A DNA stretch of 64,000 nt, from positions 744,001 to 808,000 of the forward strand of contig JAAOMT010000607.1 of assembly GCA_016748015.1 (NCBI GenBank), read 5' to 3'. Position 1 is the first letter of the stretch. Each line of letters starts with the position of its first letter. Both the position numbers and the translations under genes were made by a program. The notes below the pieces were generated by a model. That model searched no databases, was not told the origin of the DNA, and was given only the letters and a program-made list of their open reading frames with translations. Shown here piece by piece: positions 53,277 through 64,000 of this stretch. This DNA comes from Geosiphon pyriformis uo1 (lineage: Eukaryota > Fungi > Glomeromycota).

Positions 53277-54492
53277 ATAGCCAGACTGCCATGAATACAT
53301 GTGTCTCAGAGTTAAGTATGTTAGATCCCAATTTTTGTAATTGTTGCTAAATAGAAAAAAAAACATATTGCAAATCTGATTGGTGTTAAGAGTTTGTTAG
53401 TGTTTTGATTAAAAATCAAAAAACATATTGGTATCTTGGATAATGTTTATGCAGATGCTTTAATAAATAAGACTGCTTAATTACTCTTATTATTGTTTAA
53501 CAACATATATAAATGCTTTATTAAAGCTAATAAGTTGCCAGTATTTGGCAATGTTTGTTATTTTGTTAAAGATATATATAAGTTAATAGGTTGTGCTCAT
53601 TAAGAGAATAGTTCTAATTCTAAGATGTTAAATGTTTTGCCAAGTTGTGAAGTTGATTGGGTTCAGACTACTGCTGTTTGACATCTAAATTCACATATGT
53701 TAGCAGATTTAATGAGTAAAATTTTGACTGCTTTGTATACATATTTTATAAAAACAGTATATAGAAGACTGCTTATTGCTGTTAAAAAAAAACTACAACA
53801 AAAATTATTCAGGTGTATTGTGCTTACAATATAAAAAGATTAAATTTTCTGATTATGTGTTTACATGTTTCAAGAAATATGATTCTTATAAGAAGATTTT
53901 AATCAAGTATATTATAGTTTGGAGGTCTTTAGCTGGGTTTTATATTCTATTACCTTCTGTTGTTGTGGAATTTCTTTTTTTATATGTGTTTAATATTAGT
54001 CTATATGCTTTTTTTTATAAAAGCTTTATGCTTAAGAATTGATATAATAAGACTATATAAATGTTTGATGATCATAAGAAGACTATTCAGATTTTGATCA
54101 ATTTTGTGTATAATTTGGGTAAATAATATTATTTTGAATTGTGGGAGTTTAAGTTTAAATATTAGACAGATATAGAAAAGAGTAATTTGGTTGGTAATTT
54201 TGGGGTGTTGTTAGTTAAAACTCATTGTTTAGTATCAAGTTTGTTAAATAAAATGGTTTGTTTGCTCAGTATTGATAATTTTTTTGGAGTTAATTTTGGT
54301 TTTCATAAGCATTGTTTGTTTTTTTTTGGTCTGAATAATGTAACAACAGTCTATATAAAGACTTAGTGTTGCTTTAATTGGTCTGAGTGATTGGTCACAT
54401 GTAAAAAAAGCATAAATTATGTTTAGTTGGAGTTTCTAGTTTTAACTCTGTATACTAAATAGTGATTGAAATACACTCATTAATGAATAATT
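53277..54492 (+). mobile_element. LINE 3' portion (end of RNase H, Cys knuckle, 3' UTR), heavily decayed
   Basis: NVYADAL RNase H end, YSGVLCLQY...DYVFTC knuckle, and 3' UTR motifs gtgattggtcacatgt and cactcattaatgaataa shared with the LINE at 17586. Confidence 0.75.
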
Positions 54493-54657
54493 TTATAATA
54501 TAAAATTATTTATTAATTATATTAAAAAAAAAATAAACTATATAATTTTATTTAAAATAAATAAATTTATTAAAATAAAAGTTATTATACAAATTTATAT
54601 TTATGTTAAAACTTTTATTTTGATATATCTAAATATTATAATATTTAAAATCCAATA

Positions 54658-55522
54658 AAAACTTCTTTCTTTCTTATATTCACAAATCCTCAAAGAGCAT
54701 TTTTCTGAAAAAGAAGTTTTTTATTTTTTTCTTGTTAATATTTCACAATTTTTCTTTCTAATAACCCATTTTTCGTGGACTTAAAAGCTGCTTCTAGTAA
54801 CAACATGTCTAAAAAAAGGACACCAAAGGGTGCTTTTCATGGTTCTATTGGTGGCTTCTTTTCGCAGAAGAAGAAAGTTTTGCTTGAGAACATCAAACAC
54901 TCAGGTGACAAAAAGGATATCTCTTTGAACAAGTCTGAGCTTGGTGACAATGTGTTCTCTGATGTGGATAGTATGTCTGGTAATGAAGAAAGTGCTAATA
55001 TAACTGGCATCAATGTTGGGTCTCTTCTGGATTTAGCTGCCAACACTCCTAAAGCCAAGCATATCAATACTGGTGCCATTTTCAGTTCACTTCTTGGATC
55101 TCCTAATTTTGTTATAGATGATGATGAAGATGTCTCTCTTTCTTCTTGTCTTTTAATCTCTTTAAAAAAAAAATGAGTTGACCCAAAAATTGTTAAATCT
55201 CAAGTTGAAGTGTCTATTAGAAAGTTTTTTGCTTTTGACATTAATTTTAGTGCTGTGGAAGGAAAATCAGTAATGGCAAAGACTCAATTCATTAGAAAAT
55301 TTTTTTTATTAGTCAATGGTTTTAGGGGGCCACTATCTCCTCAAAATTTGAAGAGATCATCCAATCAATGTTTACTTCAGAAAAAAGCATGGAGATGGCT
55401 GCATCATTGGCCAGAGAAAAAGGGATCAATATAAATGGCAATTTTAAGAGACAAAAAATAAGGTTAGATCAGGCTGTGGTGATTAAGGAAATTCCCATAG
55501 ATATGCCTAAAGATATGATCAT
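54658..55522 (+). mobile_element. LINE 5' end and ORF1 N-terminal part, interrupted by LTR element B
   Basis: ORF1-type DLKAASSNNMSKKRTPKGAFHG, RKFFAFDINFSAVEGK and AVVIKEIPIDMPK, homologous to the ORF1 fragments at 23564-24065 and 25600-26183. Confidence 0.8.
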
Positions 55523-57448
55523 TGTTACCCGAGTAGAAAAACTGATCCAAAGTTATGAAGAAATGTGACCAAAACGTGACATAACACAGAATAATGTGCA
55601 ATAACGTTGGATAATGCATTATAACATAGGATAATATATTATAATGTAAGATAACACAGAATAGCATGCAATAACATAAGATAATGTGTTATAATGCAGG
55701 ATAATACAGAATAACATGTAATAATGTCAGATAACGTATTATAACATAGAATAACTAGCAATAATGTAGAAAAACAAAGTAATAACAGAAACAACAAAGC
55801 AATAGCTAGCGATAGCAAGACAATTGAAAGCAATCCTGTAAAACCAAAAGAATATATAAAAGCAAGTAGTTGTAGAAGTGAGAAAAGACAGACAGATAGA
55901 TACGAACCTCTAGACCAGAATTAAAATATCCATACCCCTTTATCCTTTATTATCTTCCCTATTTTATCTCCTGAAATAAACCAATTATTAAAGAAATCAG
56001 AATAATGAATTTATGTTCTCAAACTTTGTGGAATTTACATGAATTAACCCTTGTCTCATACCTCCATTTTAGAACAGATGCTCTTAGCATAACCACCTCA
56101 AACTTATTAATGATTTGGACCAATTGCTCTTGATCACAACGATTGACGATACTAATTTATTTTTTTCTCTCTTTTCTTTTTTTTTCTTTTTTTTTTTCTT
56201 TTTTTTTCTGTTTTATTTTTGTGGAGCAGCAACATAGTAAAATCAACTGTCTGGGAATAGACTTTGTAATAGCCTGGTAAAAGAGGGAAGCTCCCTCTAA
56301 GTTTTTGGATATTAACATTATCTTGTTAGCTTACCAGAAGGGTGAAAAGACAATGCCAGACCCTAATGACTGCACTCATTAGCTTGAAAAAGAAAGCTCA
56401 CATTTATAAAAAACGTTGCAATTGATGAAAGACAAATTCTGTGCCTTATAACTAAAAAACTCAATAGATAAAATTCACATCCAGGAATAGTCCTTCAGAG
56501 ACTGATAATCAAGACTAAGCCAACAGAATTACGTAAAAGATGCATCATTAATAATTGAGAGCACCAAATGTTATCATTTTCCATACCCACCAAGTTTACC
56601 CATAACATTTGATGCTCTCTGTGAGGTTATAAATCCACAGAGACAGAGCATCCCCAAAAATACATAAAAGTGGTGACTATTGGAACAATAGGAAAGAACC
56701 ATTCCTCGTACGGAAAAGCACTATTTCAATACTTTCGAAAAGACCTAGGAATACCAGCAGAAACTGCTTACACAGAAAGTGATTTTTGTAACTATATCAA
56801 TGCAAAAATTGACTGCTTGTTAGGCTGTGCAACTGATACAGGAAAACTTGGAAAACAAATTCATCAAAGCTTACTAGGGTACTCAACAGCCACGATTACC
56901 TGAGCAATTGCTGAAACTCTGCGCATAATTGATACAAACATTAAATATTACATGGCACAACAATTCTCTCAAGTACAACAACCAATGGAATCCGATCCTA
57001 AGGAATACGAAAACAAATCCAACAACTCCGTAACTGTTCAAGCCAAGTCTACAGTCAACAAAAAACCAAGGGTCCTCTCCCCAACAACTCTATCATATCA
57101 TCAGACACTCCAAAGTAGAATTGTATTCAACCCACCCCTAGAAATCCAGTCAGAAACACCACAAACTCCTGGAAATCCACACCCTTGGAATCAACACAGT
57201 TGGACCAAATCACTAGGAGAATATGGATCACTTTTTGGAAATCTTACCCCAGCAGCCAGTCAAACAGAAGGAAACCTGTCAACTTGGGAACAGCCACCAA
57301 TGCAAAACTTAGCAGAATCAGCATCTCCTCTGATGAAAGAAACAGCTATCTTACAACCTATTGGTTCAAGTAACAAAGGAAAGCAACCAGCATTAGCATC
57401 TGGAGAACACTCAAATATGCAGACACCAATCTCTTTAAACATAACCAG
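55523..57448 (+). mobile_element. Ty3/Gypsy family B: 5' LTR (55523-56607), PBS (56608-56626) and gag N-terminal region, interrupted by a family D copy
   Basis: TGTTACCC...CATAACA, then tttgatgctctctgtgagg, then a GTG-led gag extension homologous to those of families A and D. Confidence 0.85.
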
Positions 57449-60012
57449 TGTTACCAGTAGAATTTTAGCTATTAATTAGCATAAAATTACCCTTATAATT
57501 TCTATAATTCATTAGTATATTAATATCATTTCAAATTATTATTTATTATTTAATCAATTATCACATATCACAATTCAATTAAAATAATCTAATTAGTATA
57601 ACAGAAAGTAAGATGATCAAATTACACAATACCCTGAACTTTGTAACATTCAAAAATTCGCCGAAATTTACAGAAATTCGCCGAAATTTATAAGAAATTC
57701 GCCAAAATTTACAGAAATTCACCAAAATTATGAATAGTTCACCCAAATTAATCAATAGTTTAGCAAAATAACTTGTAGTTCATCAAAATGTATCTTTAGT
57801 TTGCCGGAATTTGGGCAAAGAGAAAAAAGTGCAAGTTCATAAACTAGTACTACAACAAGTTGTATAAAAAAAGAGCTTTTCTCTTCTGAAAAATGTATCT
57901 TACTTTAGATTTATCACTTAGAACCATTTCTACACACACAAAAAGAAATAAAAATCAAATAATTCGAAAAAACCAATTTCTTTAATTATTACACTTGGAA
58001 AATCCCCAAAACCCAACTAACGTTTTGAAATTGATTAGCTACCAATTTCAGTAAACTGTTAGTGACTCCAGGCCTGGATAGAAAACGTTTTTCTTGACAA
58101 AAATTCTATTTCTTTTACATTTCTTTTATTTTCTTTTATTTTTTTTACTATAATCACTAAGGTAACCTACAGACAAGATTCCTGTAGAAGAGTTGACTTT
58201 TACAGCAAAGTAACTACACATTTTTAGTGAGCTTCCAGACAAGCAATTCCTGGAAAAGAGTTGACGTTTACTACAATGTAACTACATAAAGTAACTGACA
58301 AGGAATTGGCTATTCCACTTATAAGCCCAGCAGTTCAAATTATAGGAGATAATTTGAAGATAAATTCAGTTATTGGAGATTCAACTACTCTCTGAAAACG
58401 AGAATTCACAGCAAATCAACATTACCAACATTTAAGAAAAGAGACCAAAAATCTCTGGTAACATTTGGTGCTCTCCTACAGAAATAACACAGCAACAACA
58501 AATTCAAAGTGGCAACCACACCAGACACAGCAACTCTAGAGTATTACCAGTCAATTTACACACACTGCAAACAAAGATTCAACATTCTAGACGGAATTGA
58601 AATTGTAAAGAAATCAGTATACCAATACATTGAAAACTGCATCAACAATTAGCTTTTTGGAAACTACAACATTTTAGAAGTTAGAAGCAACCTCTACAAT
58701 AATCTAGTGCATTATTCACATTTGGGAACAGAAGACCTGAACAGTGAAACACTTGCTACCTACTTCCAAGAACTTAATTTTAATATTATTAAGTATTGTG
58801 AAGAAAAATACCCAGTACAGTCTAAATACTCTTTTGACTTTGAATCAGAGACAGAAACAAGCAATAAAGGCAAACAAAGATTGAAGCAATACTTAAGAAC
58901 CACTCCAAACACTCCAACACTACAAAAAACAACTGCCAAACACTTGCAAACACCTGAACAAGGAACCAGTATCAAATTACTACTTTCTATTACACCATTT
59001 CCAATTTCACTTGTTCAATCACAAACACCAAGTTTACCACTTAGTCGTTTCTCCAGACCAGAAGATTTTCAGTCACCTAGAAATCCTACTCAATAGCAGG
59101 AACCAATATCAACAAGTGCCAATATCATTGATTACTTACAGGAAAACGAAAGTAATCACTCAGAAAGCTTGGAAAGTAAGGAAACTGAATCAGAACCAGA
59201 AAAAATTCCAGAAAACGAAGAAGAAATGACAACTGCTTACATTGCAAAAATCCCAGAATTTACTGGTGAAGACAATGATACCAGTCCCCAAGAATGGCTT
59301 GACAAAGTTCAAAAAGCAGGAGATACAAATGGTTGGATTGCAGCAAGAATGCTTAAAGCAATTCCCTACTTTCTCCAAGGAACAGCAGGAGAATGGTTTG
59401 AAAATTTAGAAGAACCATTTGAAAGCTGGCAAACATTCAAAGATGCTTTCCTACAACAATTCACCAACAACAATACCTCTATCACTCTCAGAAACCGCTT
59501 TCGCAATATCAAACAAGAAACATCTGAATCTGTTATAACCTATCTTAGAAGATTTAACAAACTTTTCAGACAAATCCGACAATTGGAAACCAATGACTAC
59601 TATTCTAATGCTCAAATTCTGGATCAGTTTATAGCAGAGTTAAAAGACAAACTGATTAAGAAAGTCTGTCCACATGCTCCAGCAGACTTAGCAACTGCTA
59701 TTAGATAGGCAAAGAGCTATGAAATGGCAATGGAAGAAGCAAATCACACCAAGCTTGTAAATCTTGCAATTGGAGAAACCAGCTTAGCAGCTGAAAAGAA
59801 GATAGACCAACTCACAAAAAAAGTTGAAAGCTACTTCACAAACCAACAACAACAGCCACAACAACCACAAAGATATCAACCCCCACAACAACACAACCAA
59901 AACAATTTTGGATTATCATCCAACAACCAATCTCAAAATTGTCATTATTGTGGAATTCCAGGACACTAGAAACGAGATTGTAGAAAATTACAAAGAGACC
60001 AACAAAACAGGA

Positions 60013-60032
60013 NNNNNNNNNNNNNNNNNNNN
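60013..60032. other. Assembly gap (20 N) with a 296-nt exact duplication on either side
   Basis: 59717-60012 is identical to 60033-60328. Confidence 0.9.
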
Positions 60033-62200
60033 CTATGAAATGGCAATGGAAGAAGCAAATCACACCAAGCTTGTAAATCTTGCAATTGGAGAAACCAGCT
60101 TAGCAGCTGAAAAGAAGATAGACCAACTCACAAAAAAAGTTGAAAGCTACTTCACAAACCAACAACAACAGCCACAACAACCACAAAGATATCAACCCCC
60201 ACAACAACACAACCAAAACAATTTTGGATTATCATCCAACAACCAATCTCAAAATTGTCATTATTGTGGAATTCCAGGACACTAGAAACGAGATTGTAGA
60301 AAATTACAAAGAGACCAACAAAACAGGAGTAATCAACATTACTCTTCACCACAACAATCTTATTACCAATCTCCACCACCAACTTATTATTCACCAAGGC
60401 CACAAAATCAAACAGTTACTATCCACCAGCTCCACAATTAATGCAGCAACAATATCAGCAACCTTTACCAATTCAGCCATATCAGACACTACCCACTCAA
60501 CAATATCAAGTACCAGCAAGAAGATTGGTTCAATATAACCAATTCACACCCCAAAATCAATTGCAGAATAACCACAACAGAATCAATTCAAATAACCAGT
60601 TGGTTCCCCGAAATTCGGGCCAGCAAAGACCCAATCACTATTACACTCAACCCAGTTATCTTACAATACCAGAAGAATCGGATTTTCAACAAACTACACT
60701 TTCTGAAGGTAAAATTGCAGCACTAAGATCAAACTCTTCCAACCACACCATTCCCCCAGCTCAAATTGCCCAAAATGCTAATCTGTCAAATATATTTCTA
60801 TTTGAATTTGAGGCAAATGAATCACCATTTCTGCTTAGTAATGCAGCAGTCAATGAACAGAAAGCAATTACTGCCATGTACACAGAAGCTACAGTGGAAA
60901 AAAAACCCATTTGCTTAATCTTAAATAGTGGATCAGCTAGAAGTATCATCACTTACCAGCTAATACAACAACTCAAATGAAATGTAAACAGACCAGCTCA
61001 AACAGTTATTGTTACAGCTGATGGTATGAAGAAGACTTCAGTAGAAGAAATTGATGATTTCCCTTTTTCAATTGATGGAATCACCATTCCAGTTAAAGTT
61101 CTTGTTATGGATGCACTCCAATACCAAGCTCTAGTCGGAATAATTGGCTTCTCAAGACCAATGCAAATCTGAACTAGGAAACTCAAGAACTTAAAATCTC
61201 ATACCAAGGACAATATACCATAGTATCTGCAATCTGTGGTACCTTTAACAAATGATCAGAAAAAGCTCCAGTATTTGAATTTGAAAAGGAGAAAGAAATG
61301 CCACTTACTAAAACCTACATGGCTCTTGGATCAACATCCAATTGGGCTGAAGAAACCGAACAAGAGATTTTCGAAAAATCAAGGGGATGAAAGAAAGTTA
61401 GATATTCTACACCAGAACCACAGAAACAACCACTCTATATTCCACTCAAATGCAAAGATTACAACAAAAAACTTTCATCAATGGGAGCATGTATTTCTCC
61501 AGAAGAGGAATATGAAACTTGTACCTGTTACTTTTGCAAAGCATGCCATAGAAAATGATTTGGATCTCCAAAAAGAAGTGGAAAATGGGACAACACACCT
61601 TGTCTTACATGTGGAGAAATACTACCAGAAAAATGCAATTGGATTGGTGTAGCAATGAGAGGAGGAGTATGTGATCAAACCTGTTAATATGCTCTATCAA
61701 TTTCGAAAAAAGTCAGAAGAGGGACACCATTTGATACAGCATACAACAGTGCTCTCAATAAACTTTACCACTACTCTCATGATGCTGAAATGATTTTTGA
61801 CCTAGCAATAGCATTAATCAATGGAGCCACTCAAGAAGATGTCCGCCAAATGAAAGAAGCTGAATATATTGAGTACACCATGGAATTAGCTGGATTTGAT
61901 TATGAAGATGAAGTAAAAACCTACCACCAAATTGCAAGCCACACATATCCGACCAAAGAAGCTCAAATTCAACAATTAGAGCAAATGAATATTCAATTGT
62001 GTGAAAAATGTGTTATGCCTTGTGATGACCAATGGTGTTTAGAATGTTATGCTTTTAGCATTCCTCTGCCAGATGAGAATAATGAAAATGAAATCGAATT
62101 TGGAGTATCTGAACAAGTAGAAGAACTACCAACCACTCCCATCTATCTTTTTGAAAAGCAACCACCTCTACAACTTAAATATTTTGACAACCATGGCCAA

Positions 62201-62599
62201 GGAATCAAACCAGAAAAAGCACACGAAATTGATACTGGATATGATCTAAGATACCCAGAAAAAGATACTTTGATTCTCCAACCAAAGTCTTTGACAAAAA
62301 TCAATCTAAAAATTGCTCTTGAAATTCCACCAGGAGCAATAGTTCAAATTGCCTCCAGATCATCATTGGCAAGCAAAAAAATCAATATTAGAGGAAGAGT
62401 TATAGATGCAGAATACACTGAAGACATTACCATCATATTACAGAATGAGACAGACAAACCATTCAAAATTGAACATGCTGAAAAAATTGCTCAAGCAATT
62501 TACTTACCCTTAATCAACATTTCGGGTTTACAATCAGTAAACAACAGAGAACAATTGGGAAAAAGTGAAAGAGGAACTCAAAGTTTCGATTCAACTGGA
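62201..62599 (+). pseudogene. dUTPase domain (trimeric type) of the family D copy
   Basis: KAHEIDTGYDLRYP (motif 1), QIASRSSLA (2), RVIDAEYTEDI (3), EKIAQAI (4), ERGTQSFDSTG (5), all within ORF 61790-62830. Confidence 0.92.
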
Positions 62600-63149
62600 C
62601 AATTTACAGTTCCAGTAAACATAGTTCTTAATACACAAAATGAATCTCACCAGATTCTTCAACTTCCTCAGCCAATTACCATTTCATCTTTTGGAGAACA
62701 TCACGAAATTTACACTTGCTCAAAACCCACCACTACACAACAAATCTTTGAATCCAATGAACAAATCTGTTTGAAGCATGAAATATCAATTTCAAATGTT
62801 TATATTCCCAAAGGAATGAAAAAATTTTGAGTTACATTTTACAACCCCAATAATTACCCTATTGTTTTATTAAACAAATTAGAAATTGGAATCATACACA
62901 GCAATATTTTTCAAGATAAAAACCCTCAAATTGTCTCTAATTTCATCGAAATTATAAAGCACACTCTACTCCCAAATCCAAATATCATTCCCATTACTGA
63001 AAACTACCACTTGTTGGAAGAAAAACTCTCTCAAATCAATATGAGTCCCTTAGAACCTTAACAACAAAGACAATTGAAACAATTGATAGCTGAATTTGCA
63101 GATATATTTGCAAAAGACAACAATGACTTGGGAAAAACAGATATTGTTC

Positions 63150-63905
63150 AACATCAAATCCATACAGGAGATGCTCTACCAAAACGTCAACAAGCTTATC
63201 GAGTGCCATCTGCCAGCCACCAATTGATCAGAGAAGAGATCCAATAAATGCTCAATAACGGATTGATTCAACCATTAAGAAGCCCTTGGGCCTTACCAGT
63301 AGTTTTGGTTAAAAAGAAAAACGGAAAAATTAGATTCTGTGTTGATTATAGACAACTGAATAGTGTTACAATTGGAGATGCCTACCCTCTTCCAAGAATT
63401 GATGACATGTTAGATGCTCTGAGAAAAGCCAAGTTCTTTTCAACTTTAGACCTGGAAAGTGGATACTGGCAAGTCGAAATGGACCCAAAAGATAGACCCA
63501 AAACAGCATTCACCACTCAAGAAGAAAATTATGAGTTTTAATGTTATGCCTTTTGGACTCTGCAATACACCAGCAACATTTCAGCGGCTTATAGATGTTG
63601 TCTATGAAGAGCTCTTGTGGCAATCAGTAGTTGTTTATCTTGATGATACTGATGTATACTCACCAAGCTTTGAAGTCCATCTCATTCACCTGCGAGAAGT
63701 TTTTCAACGATTACGAAAAGCAGGATTAAAGTTAAATATTGAGAAATGTCACTTTGGAAAAACAAGTTTGATCTTTCTTGGACACATAGTTAGTAAAGAT
63801 GGAATCAAACCAAATCCAGGAACAATCAATGCTGTCAAAAACTTTCAAACCCCCAGAAATACTACAGAACTAAGAGGATTTGTGGAATTAGCCTCTTACT
63901 ATTGA
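63150..63905 (+). pseudogene. Reverse transcriptase of the family D copy (one frameshift near 63538)
   Basis: DAYPLPRIDDML, FSTLDLESGYWQV, KTAFTT, MPFGLCNTPATFQR, VYLDDT, KCHFG...FLGH. Confidence 0.92.
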
Positions 63906-64000
63906 AAATTCATAAAAGGATTCTCAGAAATTGCCAAACCACTCAATTATCTTACCAACAAAAACGTACCATACAAATGGACTAAAGAACAACAAAAAGC

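Larger units (their letters stand above)
57449..64000 (+). mobile_element. Ty3/Gypsy family D, least-decayed copy, running off the window end (5' LTR 57449-58463)
   Basis: LTR homologous to 47530-48508; PBS tttggtgctctcc. Gag core from ATG 59226 (TAYIAKIPEFTGEDNDTSPQEWL), CHYCGIPGH knuckle, protease LNSGSA about 60920, Cys-rich domain, dUTPase, and RT SPWALPVVLVKKKNGKIRFCVDYRQLN...YLDD. Confidence 0.93.

Noticed and set aside
56557-56626. tRNA gene
   Set aside because: Only the last 10-17 nt resemble a tRNA end or its complement; there is no cloverleaf and no A/B boxes.
59717-60328. Tandem duplication of the Gag C-terminus and zinc knuckle
   Set aside because: The two 296-nt copies are identical, flank a 20-N gap and are absent from the sister copy at 36640-36930. 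This is an assembly overlap artefact.
63530-63545. Programmed frameshifts in RT (63538) and after gag (about 60410)
   Set aside because: The sister D copy reads through both positions in one frame, so these are copy-specific indels.
17725-64000. Alternative genetic code or stop readthrough explaining the in-frame stops
   Set aside because: Stops differ between homologous copies, arise from CAA/CAG/CGA/TGG transitions, and the host genes end normally at TAA/TAG.

Overview
AT-rich eukaryotic DNA with short GT-AG introns, most likely from a Glomeromycota-type fungus. The TE proteins resemble those I recall from Geosiphon/Archaeosporales; this is an inference, not a search result. Bases 1-12.2 kb hold four intact spliced genes: an Rrp5 C-terminal HAT-domain-only protein, an RGS-domain protein, a ubiquitin C-terminal hydrolase (UCH-L3/Yuh1 family) and a GILT-family thiol reductase. 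From 12.5 kb to the end the window is decayed transposon DNA. It holds a FAR1/MULE transposase relic, a full-length RNase H-bearing LINE, and two nests of Ty3/Gypsy LTR elements from four LTR families (here called A-D) inserted into LINEs. Nest 1 is LINE > A > (C solo LTR; D > C solo LTR, D-like solo LTR, non-autonomous C element). Nest 2 is LINE > B > D. All TE ORFs are broken, mostly by C>T/G>A transitions. The Gypsy group has an unusual design: (1) a conserved AAA-GTG-G candidate non-AUG start just after the PBS, followed by a conserved helical domain and an ATG-free leader before the AUG of core Gag; (2) a U5 arm complementary to the LTR-end/PBS junction; (3) a triple-zinc-site Cys-rich domain plus dUTPase between protease and RT; (4) a conserved non-env ORF3 after integrase; (5) 4-bp TSDs biased to RTGG/CCAY.
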